DNA of 64,000 bases. Source: Dehalococcoidia bacterium (lineage in GTDB: Bacteria > Chloroflexota > Dehalococcoidia > SZUA-161 > SpSt-899). A program made the position numbers and the translations under genes. This document shows positions 47,787 to 56,747 of the stretch, piece by piece. The notes beneath the pieces are model-generated. The model made no database searches. It saw only the letters and a program-made list of their open reading frames with translations, and was not told where the DNA came from. The first letter of the stretch is position 1. Every line of letters begins with the position of its first letter. Location: contig JBKGZM010000004.1 in the NCBI GenBank assembly GCA_046545575.1, positions 2,521-66,520 on the forward strand. The letters run 5' to 3'.

Positions 47787-50750
47787 CTACCACTTCTCCT
47801 GCTGCAACCTGGCAATAAGCCATTTCTTGAGACGTTCATCAAGCTTACCTGCCCATGACTCTATCTTGCGAATGTCCCCGCTCATAATGGCTGCCTTCTC
47901 CTCATCACTCAAGTTGTACTCATCCAATACTTCCGCGGGGTTCTCAGCCAGCCGGGCGACAAGCGTATTGTCCCTGGCTGCCTTATCCAGCACCGTCAGT
48001 ACCGCCTTCACCGCAGAGACCTTGAACTCAGGAATCTTCGCCGTTGGGTCCAGTGCAGGATTGGTGAGCACATTCGCCGGTGATTCCTTCCAGTGGAAGG
48101 CCATAAAGGCTACTCCCGGAGCCATCTTGTCGGTGACATTTACGGGAACCTCGACGCTCCCTCGCGCAGAGGCGAGTGTTACCAAGTCGCCGCTGACGAG
48201 ACCCAGCTTCAGTGCATCACTGGGGTGAATATCTACCGCACCGTTCGGATTCAGCTTGCCCAGAACTTCAGACCGCCTGCTCATGCTCCCTGTATGCCAG
48301 TGTTCCAGCACTCTCCCCGTGGTGAGAATCAGTGGATATTCCTCGGAAACTGCTTCCGCCGGCGGCCTGTACTCCACGCCGTGGAACTTGCCCAGTCCAC
48401 GGGTGAAACTGTCCTCATGGAGTATCTTCGTGCCCGGATGGTCCCTATCAGGACATGGCCACTGCAGCCCGTGTCCCTCAAGACGATCATGATGTATTCC
48501 TCCATAGATCGGTGTAACCGAGGCAATTTCGTCCATGATTTGGGCAGAGTTATTGTAGTTAAATGAATATCCTAATCTCTCCGCTACTGAAGAGATAATC
48601 TGCCAGTCAGGTTTGGCCTCACCAGGTGGTTCGATGGCCTTGTTAAGCTTCTGTACGCGCCTCTCGGTACTGGTAAAAGTACCGTCCTTTTCCGCGAAAG
48701 CGGCTGCGGGGAGGATGACATCGGCAACCACTGCCGTCTCAGTGGGAAAGATATCCTGCACAACCAAAAAATCAAGTTGCTGTATGACCTTCCGTGCATG
48801 GCTCAAGAAAGGCTCGCTCATCAGCGGATTCTCACCCGCTACGTATAGTGCTCTTATCTTCCCCTGGGAAGCGGCCTCCATCATTTCGGTCACCGGGAGG
48901 CCGGGTTTATCGTCCAAACTGCAACCCCATGCCGACTCGAACTTGAGCCGGACATCGGGATTATCTACCTTTTGATATCCCGTAAATACGTTGGGCAGGG
49001 CTCCCACATCACATGCTCCCTGAACATTGTTCTGACCTCTCAACGGACTGAAGCCCGTTCCTTCCTTGCCCATATTGCCGGTCAACATCAGAAGGTTCGC
49101 CACGCTCTTCACATTATCCGTGCCAGTAGTATGCTGGGTTATGCCCATGCCATAAAGGATCGCTGCCCTGCCGGCATTGGCGAAAAGGCGAGCCGCCTCG
49201 ATTATCTTATCTTTAGGAACACCGGTTATCTCCTCACCCACTTCAGGCGTGTAGTGTTTGACCGTTTCCGCAAGTTCCTCATATCCCTCAGTACGCTCAT
49301 CAATGAACTCCTGGTCTTGCAGGTTCTCCTCGATGATGACATGCATCATCGAGTTGAGGAGAGCCACATCAGTCCCGGGCCTGTGCTGCATGTGAACCGA
49401 CGCTAACGAGGAGAGATCGATGCCACGCGGGTCGCCTACGATAAGATTTGTGCGTCCTGACTTCACACCCTGGCGTATAATCCTGCCGATAATTGGGTGG
49501 CATTCAGTGGTATTGGAGCCAATTACAAACAGCAAATCAGCCGAGGCGATATCGGAGAGAGAGTTACTCATGGCTCCGCGTCCGAAGGCCGCCGAGGCCC
49601 CGGTCACTGTGGAGGAATGGCACAGGCGTGCACAGTGATCGACATTATTGGTACCCAGAACAGCGCGGGCAAACTTCTGCACCACATAGTTTTCCTCATT
49701 GGTAAACTTGGCAGAACTCAAAACCCCAATGCTGTCCGCCCCATATTCCTCTTTGATACCGGAAAGTTTCCTCGCCACCAGGTCCAGTGCCTCCTCCCAG
49801 CTTGCCTCGCGGAAGACCTCCCGGAAATTGCCGTTCACCTCGATGTCTTTGCCTTTGCCTTCATTCCTAATTAAAGGTTTGGTCAACCTGTCGGGGTGAT
49901 TGACGAAGTCAAAACCGAACCTCCCTTTCACACACAATCCGCCTTTGTTAACCGGACTCTCGTCATCCCCTCTGACACTTACTATCTCGTTGCCGCGGGT
50001 GCCAAGATAGATGGAACAACCAACGCCACAATACGGACAGACCGTCCTAACCTCACTGGCAGCCTGCTTTTTATACTTGGGGACAAGAGCCCCCGTGGGG
50101 CATCTGGCAACACACTCACCACAGGATTCACAAATCGATTCCAGAATAGATTTATCGCCGAAGGTACTCACTCTGGCATTATCACCCCGGAATGCGAGGT
50201 CAATGGCCCCAACTCCTGCGATTTCATGGCAGGCGCGCACGCACTTCGCGCACAGGATGCACTTGTTGGGATCACGAGTGAACGCAGGATGGCTATCATC
50301 AATGGGCTGGACCTCCGTTCTCTTTCGAAGCCTGTTGAAATGCTCCTCATCCATACCCAGGTATCTCGCTATTTTCAGCAGTTCACAATCCTGGTTCTTC
50401 GGACATGTCAGACAGTTGCCATTATGGTTGGCCATGATAAGTTCCATGGTAGATCGTCGCGATTGATTGACCTTGTCGGTATCGGTATGGACCACCATGC
50501 CCTCTTTGGCCTCCGTGGTGCACGACGTGGGAAGCCCCTTCATCCCCTCGACTTCGACCACGCACAACCGGCAAGCCCCATAAGGTTTGAGGTCAGGGTC
50601 GTAACAGAGGGTAGGGATATAGATATCGTTTGCCAGGGAAGCCTCAAGGACAGTAGACCCCCTGGGCGTCTCAACGCTCTTCCCATCTATAGTGAGGTTT
50701 ATGATTTCCGTCTTCTTTTGTTCAGCAACTGGAGAGACTCCTGTTGTCAT
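47787..50750 (-). CDS. fdhF: formate dehydrogenase alpha subunit (NuoG-like FeS N-terminus, Cys-ligated Mo/W-bisPGD) with extra C-terminal domain
   Basis: 2Fe-2S and 4Fe-4S motifs, CPYCGVGC, CVKGRFG, HCARLCHSS and RGQNNVQG. Confidence 0.92.
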   Translation of the reverse strand: MTTGVSPVAEQKKTEIINLTIDGKSVETPRGSTVLEASLANDIYIPTLCYDPDLKPYGACRLCVVEVEGMKGLPTSCTTEAKEGMVVHTDTDKVNQSRRSTMELIMANHNGNCLTCPKNQDCELLKIARYLGMDEEHFNRLRKRTEVQPIDDSHPAFTRDPNKCILCAKCVRACHEIAGVGAIDLAFRGDNARVSTFGDKSILESICESCGECVARCPTGALVPKYKKQAASEVRTVCPYCGVGCSIYLGTRGNEIVSVRGDDESPVNKGGLCVKGRFGFDFVNHPDRLTKPLIRNEGKGKDIEVNGNFREVFREASWEEALDLVARKLSGIKEEYGADSIGVLSSAKFTNEENYVVQKFARAVLGTNNVDHCARLCHSSTVTGASAAFGRGAMSNSLSDIASADLLFVIGSNTTECHPIIGRIIRQGVKSGRTNLIVGDPRGIDLSSLASVHMQHRPGTDVALLNSMMHVIIEENLQDQEFIDERTEGYEELAETVKHYTPEVGEEITGVPKDKIIEAARLFANAGRAAILYGMGITQHTTGTDNVKSVANLLMLTGNMGKEGTGFSPLRGQNNVQGACDVGALPNVFTGYQKVDNPDVRLKFESAWGCSLDDKPGLPVTEMMEAASQGKIRALYVAGENPLMSEPFLSHARKVIQQLDFLVVQDIFPTETAVVADVILPAAAFAEKDGTFTSTERRVQKLNKAIEPPGEAKPDWQIISSVAERLGYSFNYNNSAQIMDEIASVTPIYGGIHHDRLEGHGLQWPCPDRDHPGTKILHEDSFTRGLGKFHGVEYRPPAEAVSEEYPLILTTGRVLEHWHTGSMSRRSEVLGKLNPNGAVDIHPSDALKLGLVSGDLVTLASARGSVEVPVNVTDKMAPGVAFMAFHWKESPANVLTNPALDPTAKIPEFKVSAVKAVLTVLDKAARDNTLVARLAENPAEVLDEYNLSDEEKAAIMSGDIRKIESWAGKLDERLKKWLIARLQQEKW

Positions 50751-50805
50751 TGTCGTCCTCCTATGTCATGTGTTCTTATCCCCTTGCCGGGGAAATGACT
50801 CGGCG

Positions 50806-52716
50806 TTAAGCCTTTGCCCCCACGGGAACCGGTTCAGAGGGAACCTCCAGTGATTCCCCGGAGACCTTGACCACCGCGCCGAATTTGGAAGGGCAAACAT
50901 CGAGGCACGTCCCGCATTTAATGCATTTGCTCTGATCGATTACGTGCACCATCCTTTTGTCGCCCTGGATCGCGTTGACAGGACAATTCCTGGCACATAT
51001 CATGCACCCCGCACATTTGTCAGGGAGAATGTAGAAGGAAACCAGGTCCTTACAATGGAGTGCAACACAGCGCTTTTCAAATATGTGCTGTTCATACTCC
51101 TCACGGAAGTACTGTATGCTGGTGAGCACAGGGTTCGGTGCGGTCTGCCCCAATCCACAGAGGGCTCCATTCTTCACCGACTGAGCCAGCTCCTCCAGGA
51201 GCTCAATATCACCAGATTGGCCTTCGCCGCTGGTGATATCCTCAAGGATATCCAGCATCTGTTTGGTCCCCCAGCGGCACGGTATACACTTGCCACACGA
51301 CTCGGCTTGAGTAAACGAGAGGAAGAACTTGGCCGTATCCACCATGCAAGTGTCCTCATCCATTACTACCATGCCTCCTGAGCCCATAATCGAGCCCGCC
51401 TGAGCCAGGGAGTCATAATCGACTGGCAAATCCAGAAGCCGTGCAGGTATGAAACCACCCGAGGGACCGCCCGTCTGGATTGCTTTCAGTTCCTTGCCAC
51501 CAGGAATGCCGCCACCGATCTCGTAGACTATTTCTCTCAGTGTGATCCCCATCGGGACCTCGATAAGCCCGGTCCGGTTCACCTTACCTGCAAGCGAGAA
51601 ATTCTTCGTCCCCTTGCTCTTCTCCGTGCCATAACCAGCATACCAGTCAGCGCCTTTCTGAAGAATGATGGGCACATTACTCAACGTCTCCACGTTGTTG
51701 ATATTTGTTGGCTTCCCCCAGAGTCCTGACTGGGCGGGGAAGGGTGGGCGGGGACGCGGCATACCACGCTCACCCTCGATCGAGGCCATGAGCGCCGTCT
51801 CCTCTCCGCATACGAAGGCACCAGCCCCCTCTTTTATCTTAATGTGAACCTTAACTCCGGTGCCCATTATATTGTCGCCGAGCAGGCCGTAGTTCTCCAT
51901 TTGTTGTATAGCATTAATCAACCTTTGAATTGCCAATGGGTACTCAGCGCGGCTATAGATATAGGCATTTTCAGCGCCAATGGCATACGCCCCTATGATG
52001 AGTCCCTCAAGTACAGAGAACGGATCGCCCTCAAGCAGTGAACGGTCCATAAATGCTCCGGGGTCGCCCTCGTCCGCATTGCATATTATATATTTGGTAT
52101 CGCCAGGGGCATCATGACAGAATTGCCATTTCACCCCGGTAGGGAACCCCGCCCCACCACGACCCCGCAAACCCGAGTTCTTGATCTCGTCGACCACCTC
52201 TTGAGGACTCATTCCCAGTGCTCTCTCCAGGCCCTGGAAACCGCTGTTGGCGATATAGTGATCGATGTTCTCAGGGTCGATATTCCCGCAATTGCGCAGG
52301 GATATTCGTACCTGCGAGCGCAGAACAGGGAGATCAAAGAGTCGAGGAATACCGTCTATCATACCTTCTCCCCGCGTACCAAGGGCAAGGTCCGGGCGAG
52401 GGTCGTCGCCGACCAGGTAGTCCCTCACGATCTCGGTCGCAAGCTCGGGGGTAAGATTGTTGTAGAATACGCTCGGTTTGCCCGGCTTTATCACCTCGAT
52501 CAGCGGTTCAGCATAGCAAAGGCCGATACAGCCAACCTGTACAAGCTCAGCATGAACGTTCTGTTCCTGAACTTCTTTACTAAGAGTGTTGAAAACATCC
52601 TCGGCCCCTGCAGCTCTGCCACAAGTCCCCATCCCTACGAGAATACGGGCGGTTGAGCTGTTCTGCGTTGCCTCCCACTTTGAAATTGCTCGTTCCTTAA
52701 TATCATGGAAATCCAT
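50806..52716 (-). CDS. NuoF/HydB/HylB-like FMN/NADH-binding subunit
   Basis: GRGGAGFP, ADEGDPGAFMD, GAFVCGEET, GGPSGG; N-terminal Trx-like 2Fe-2S; C-terminal 2x4Fe-4S. Confidence 0.92.
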   Translation of the reverse strand: MDFHDIKERAISKWEATQNSSTARILVGMGTCGRAAGAEDVFNTLSKEVQEQNVHAELVQVGCIGLCYAEPLIEVIKPGKPSVFYNNLTPELATEIVRDYLVGDDPRPDLALGTRGEGMIDGIPRLFDLPVLRSQVRISLRNCGNIDPENIDHYIANSGFQGLERALGMSPQEVVDEIKNSGLRGRGGAGFPTGVKWQFCHDAPGDTKYIICNADEGDPGAFMDRSLLEGDPFSVLEGLIIGAYAIGAENAYIYSRAEYPLAIQRLINAIQQMENYGLLGDNIMGTGVKVHIKIKEGAGAFVCGEETALMASIEGERGMPRPRPPFPAQSGLWGKPTNINNVETLSNVPIILQKGADWYAGYGTEKSKGTKNFSLAGKVNRTGLIEVPMGITLREIVYEIGGGIPGGKELKAIQTGGPSGGFIPARLLDLPVDYDSLAQAGSIMGSGGMVVMDEDTCMVDTAKFFLSFTQAESCGKCIPCRWGTKQMLDILEDITSGEGQSGDIELLEELAQSVKNGALCGLGQTAPNPVLTSIQYFREEYEQHIFEKRCVALHCKDLVSFYILPDKCAGCMICARNCPVNAIQGDKRMVHVIDQSKCIKCGTCLDVCPSKFGAVVKVSGESLEVPSEPVPVGAKA

Positions 52717-52729
52717 AGTACCTCCTCAT

Positions 52730-53242
52730 CTATGAGGTTTTCTTACAATCCTCCAATATCTCGTCTACGCGAGTCACGTTCATCTTGCCATACACCTTGT
52801 CATTGACTACCACGACGGGTGCCAGAGCACACGAGCCGAAGCAAGCGATGGTTTCGAGCGAATATTCAAGATCAGAGGTTGTTTCACCAGGCTTTATGCC
52901 CAGCCGTTCCTCCATTCTCTCAAGAATCTGAGCTCCGCCGCGCACGTAGCAGGCCGTGCCACGGCACACTTTTATAACGTTTCTTCCCAAGGGTTGAAGC
53001 TTAAACTGGGCATAGAAAGTGGCTACACCAAACACGGTGCTCTCCGGAACTTGAGTAAATTTCGCTATTTGTCGCATAGCCGGTTCCGGCAGATAGCCGA
53101 ATCTCTGCTGCGTCCTTTGTAGAATCGGGATCAGCTCATCTTTGCCACCGTTAAACGAGGAAAGAACATCGGCTGTTTGGCTCTCAATATACTCTTCTTG
53201 AAGACTTGATTGTGATTCCTGAACGGTTTCAGTTGTCGCCAT
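52730..53242 (-). CDS. NuoE/HydC/HylC-like 2Fe-2S subunit
   Basis: VATFY, CRGTAC and CFGSCALAP motifs. Confidence 0.92.
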   Translation of the reverse strand: MATTETVQESQSSLQEEYIESQTADVLSSFNGGKDELIPILQRTQQRFGYLPEPAMRQIAKFTQVPESTVFGVATFYAQFKLQPLGRNVIKVCRGTACYVRGGAQILERMEERLGIKPGETTSDLEYSLETIACFGSCALAPVVVVNDKVYGKMNVTRVDEILEDCKKTS

Positions 53243-53276
53243 TTTTCCCTCCTAACGATCAACTAAGCAACTTTTC

Positions 53277-53678
53277 CTACCATCTCTCCTGCTGCAATCT
53301 CTGCCACAGCCATTTGCTCTGCTCCCGGCTGAGTTTGCCAACCCAATTTTCAATTCTCCGGATATCGCCACTGGCTATGGCAGCCTTCTCCTCATCCGTA
53401 AGGCCATAATCCTGGAGGACCTCCTCAGGATTCTCCGTGAGTTTGGCTACGAAGTCGGTATCAGCAGCCGCCTTCTCCAGCACGTTCAGGATAGCCTCTC
53501 TGCCACTGAGTATATGTTCACCGAGCTTCTGATTAACTGTTTGCATGATTTCCTCCTTAGCCTTCGCCAGGTTCTCGTCCACCGCCTTTTCGATTTCCTC
53601 TTCTATCTTCTCCTTTGCACCCATGATCTGGTCATCCGCCAGTCTGTTGAGTAGCATAGTCGCAATCTCTCTGTTCAT
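53277..53678 (-). CDS. small protein carrying a paralogue of the FDH C-terminal domain (NHLP-leader/LigA-like)
   Basis: Start ATG 53678 after RBS ggaggtga; last 68 aa are 44/68 identical to the FDH C-terminus. Confidence 0.8.
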   Translation of the reverse strand: MNREIATMLLNRLADDQIMGAKEKIEEEIEKAVDENLAKAKEEIMQTVNQKLGEHILSGREAILNVLEKAAADTDFVAKLTENPEEVLQDYGLTDEEKAAIASGDIRRIENWVGKLSREQSKWLWQRLQQERW

Positions 53679-53712
53679 CCCGATCACCTCCTTTTCCTGT
53701 CTTCCCAATTTC

Positions 53713-53767
53713 AGTCTAACAGGCAATGGTCTAAGCAAGGTCTAAGGCATGTCCAAATATAGTCTGA
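53713..53767 (-). promoter_or_regulatory. fdh operon promoter with four 11-bp-spaced direct repeats
   Basis: + strand gtctaa/gtctaa/gtccaa/gtctga at 53729, 53740, 53751, 53762; -10-like TAGACT on - strand at 53713-53718. Confidence 0.65.
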
Positions 53768-53781
53768 ATCTTCGTACATAT

Positions 53782-53816
53782 AACGAGGACTCCCGGAGAA
53801 ACCGGGAGCCCTCGTT
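53782..53816 (-). terminator. hairpin after the response regulator gene
   Basis: aacgaggactcccgg-agaaa-ccgggagccctcgtt. Confidence 0.65.
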
Positions 53817-53842
53817 CACGAATCAGCTGTTCGCTTTGTTTA

Positions 53843-54538
53843 TCAATCTTCAAGGTCTAACCGATAACCAACTCCTCTCTCAGTAAGAATCAATTTCGGT
53901 TTTGCCGGGTTCCTCTCAATCTTGTGTCTGAGAAGCCAGATATATCGCTTGACATGTTCTGTCTCACCCCTGTACTCAGGTCCCCACACTCTGGAAAGCA
54001 GCGACTCAGTAGAGACCGGGGATCCATTTGACTCAGCAAGAGCAGCCAACAGGCGAAACTCCTTGGGAGTGAGGTCTATTTGTGTGTCATCCACCTTGAC
54101 CCTATGCGCACCTATGTCCAGAGTCAGCCCTTTCCCTGAGTAGACATACGGCTTCTTTGCGGAGGAGTCGCCATCAGCCCTCTGAAGTATAGCCCCTATC
54201 CTTGCAGTGAACTCAGCAAAGCTGAAAGGCTTGGTCACATAATCATCTACGCCGAGCTTAAATCCCCTGACCTTATCCTTCTCATCACTCTTGGCAGTCA
54301 ACATGATTACGGGCACATCCGACAACTGGCGAATACGTCTGCAAACCTCCCAGCCATCCATTACCGGCATCATTACATCAAGTACGATAATATCCGGCTG
54401 TTGCTCGTACATCATCTTCAAACCCTCGGCACCGCTGGAGGCAACATCCACCTCGTACCCTGCCTTTTCCAGCGACTTCTTCAGCAAGCGCAGAAGGCTC
54501 ACATCATCATCGATTACCATCACTTTTCGATGTCCCAT
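53843..54538 (-). CDS. OmpR-family response regulator
   Basis: VIDDD, LDVMMP, DDYVTKPF, LTPKEF and RGVGY motifs. Confidence 0.95.
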   Translation of the reverse strand: MGHRKVMVIDDDVSLLRLLKKSLEKAGYEVDVASSGAEGLKMMYEQQPDIIVLDVMMPVMDGWEVCRRIRQLSDVPVIMLTAKSDEKDKVRGFKLGVDDYVTKPFSFAEFTARIGAILQRADGDSSAKKPYVYSGKGLTLDIGAHRVKVDDTQIDLTPKEFRLLAALAESNGSPVSTESLLSRVWGPEYRGETEHVKRYIWLLRHKIERNPAKPKLILTERGVGYRLDLED

Positions 54539-54547
54539 TGCTTTTGC

Positions 54548-56044
54548 CTAATTTTCCTCCCTTCTCACTACAGGTAACGTAAACGAGAACGTGGAGCCCC
54601 TACTTAAAGAACTCCTGACCTCTATTTTGCCCCCCTGGGTTTCGATCAAACGTTTAGAGGTATAAAGTCCCAATCCGTAACCCCCGGTGGGGCCACTATC
54701 GCTGCCATCGACCCTTTGAAACTTATCAAATATCCTTTCAATCTCCTTCTCGTCCATCCCAACCCCTTCATCGGTAACTGATACAACTACCATCCCATCG
54801 TCTTCCTCCGCTTTTACCTCCACATTTCCCCCAGCAGGGGAATATTTTACTGCATTGTCAAGGAGATTAACGAGTACCTCGTAAGTATACGTGACATCAG
54901 CCCAGACGAGAGGCAGGTTATCCGAGCACGAGACGGTGAACGAGTGCGTCCCCACAACCGAACTAAAACTGTGTACAACCCTCTGGGCCAGCGCCAGAAT
55001 ATCCACTGGCTCCCGCTTTAGCTCCAGCTTTCCACCTTCCAGACGAGATACTGTAAGCGTATCCTGCACCAACCTGGTAAGGCGCTGACTCTCAGATTCT
55101 ATAGTCTCAAAGAGCTCTCTTTGCTCCTCGTTGTCAGTGAATGCATCATCCTGTGAGAGAAGCTCAATAGCACCATTTATGTTTGTCACAGGAGCCCTCA
55201 GGGCATGTGAAACCATGGATACAAATTCAGTTTTCATCTTATCAAGCTCCTGCAGCCGCTCATTCGTTTTCTGGAGTTCCTGATAGGCCTGTTCCAAACT
55301 GTGGGTCCGCGCAGCTACCTTTTCCTCCAACTGCAGGTTCATCCGGCGGATCTCGCGCTCAGCCTCCACAACTCTCTCAAAGGACACCCTTTGCTTTTCC
55401 TCAGCCTGTTTCCTCCGTGTGATATCTCTGACGATCGCCGAACAGCCATACCATACACCATTCTCATCCCTTAAAGGATTCCGGGTTACCTCTACAAATA
55501 TTCTTCGCCCATCCTTGGTAATCCTTTGCGTTTCAAAACCTTTCACATACCCTTTCTGCTGGCACTCGTTGTTCAAAAGCTCCACTTCCCCGGTGTTCAG
55601 TATATCTTCAGGGACGAGCTTGGCGAAATGCTGGCCAACCATTTCCTCTTTCGTATAACCGAAGATGCTTTCCGCACCTTTATTCCACGATGTTATAACA
55701 CCATCAGGAGTCAAACTCAAAATAGCGTCATCAGACGAGGCCACAATACTTGCTATATATTCCTGTTCCTCTGCGAACTTTCTTTCTGACTCCTCACCTT
55801 CCGCAATCCGGTCACTTACCCAGGTAAGAATCACCCATGTCACCAGCGAGCCAAAACAAGCGTACACGGCTATCCCGACTACCAGCCGCTCTGTCGCGTC
55901 GAACCCGAACACAAATTCCTTCAAATACTGATAGAGGATTATAACAACGAAAATCCCCGCGACGATGACCCATCGCAGAGAGCGCACGAATCTGGAAAAT
56001 GGTTTGTGCCTGAGTTCCTTCACTATAAAACCCTGCAAGTCCAA
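54548..56044 (-). CDS. membrane PAS sensor histidine kinase (HisKA)
   Basis: 2 TM, PAS (WNKGAESIFGY), VSHALRAP, NLLDNAVKY, GLGL; TTG start. Confidence 0.92.
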   Translation of the reverse strand: MDLQGFIVKELRHKPFSRFVRSLRWVIVAGIFVVIILYQYLKEFVFGFDATERLVVGIAVYACFGSLVTWVILTWVSDRIAEGEESERKFAEEQEYIASIVASSDDAILSLTPDGVITSWNKGAESIFGYTKEEMVGQHFAKLVPEDILNTGEVELLNNECQQKGYVKGFETQRITKDGRRIFVEVTRNPLRDENGVWYGCSAIVRDITRRKQAEEKQRVSFERVVEAEREIRRMNLQLEEKVAARTHSLEQAYQELQKTNERLQELDKMKTEFVSMVSHALRAPVTNINGAIELLSQDDAFTDNEEQRELFETIESESQRLTRLVQDTLTVSRLEGGKLELKREPVDILALAQRVVHSFSSVVGTHSFTVSCSDNLPLVWADVTYTYEVLVNLLDNAVKYSPAGGNVEVKAEEDDGMVVVSVTDEGVGMDEKEIERIFDKFQRVDGSDSGPTGGYGLGLYTSKRLIETQGGKIEVRSSLSRGSTFSFTLPVVRREEN

Positions 56045-56212
56045 ATCCTGTTACCAACCGATAACCTACCTCAATTATATGGGACATATCACCAACTTGT
56101 CGAGCATTCGATTTGCATAAACCTGGTGTAGGCAATTGACTACGAGCCTCAACAGTGTTACTATATTGACACCAGACAGTAGACCAATGTAGTTGTCCGA
56201 AGAAAGGAAAAG

Positions 56213-56443
56213 ATGGGAAGCGTTTACAAGTTCATCGAGCTAGTGGGAACCAGTACGGAGTCATGGGAAAAGGCAGCCAGCGCAGCGATCGAGGAAGCTG
56301 CAGGGACTTTGAGGGACACCCGCATTGTTGAGGTAACCGAGATGGATATGCAGCTTAAGGACGGGAAGATCGCAACCTATCGCACGAAAGTGAGGATGTC
56401 CTACAAAGTTGAGTCATGCGTTGACTTGTGTCTCGAGCCCTGA
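56213..56443 (+). CDS. dodecin family protein
   Basis: SVYKFIELVGTSTESWEKA; RBS aagga. Confidence 0.9.
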   Translation: MGSVYKFIELVGTSTESWEKAASAAIEEAAGTLRDTRIVEVTEMDMQLKDGKIATYRTKVRMSYKVESCVDLCLEP

Positions 56444-56747
56444 ACGTAGTGAGGGGTTCAGTAGCGTTTCTTTTCAGTCCATCTATCTTACATTTTTACG
56501 CTGGTAGGAATTAAATCCATGCCCTCGCGCGGAGGGCGTACATGGTTCTGCCCAAAGGATGCTACCACCTTGCCCTGTCGCTCCCCAGCTATCAAGTTTA
56601 CCAAGACATATGGTACGCAGTTGTTCCTGCATCTGCACATCAACTATCTCGGCCTCGTCTCCTACAAGGTCCGGTATCGAGTCACAAAACCTGTTTTCAG
56701 ATTCGCCTGAGCGCACACCATTCGTAACTACTAATCATTTGTGCTAA

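Noticed and set aside
47787-50750. Selenocysteine-containing FDH
   Set aside because: The active site reads CARLCH with a Cys codon and the ORF has no in-frame TGA.
49896-50798. Long antisense ORFs (e.g. 49896-50798, 10512-11381, 59830-60651, 26907-27629, 241-858)
   Set aside because: They are shadows of well-supported genes on the opposite strand, with no motifs of their own.
50806-53242. Respiratory complex I operon
   Set aside because: No membrane nuo subunits are adjacent; the genes are co-transcribed with a soluble FDH.
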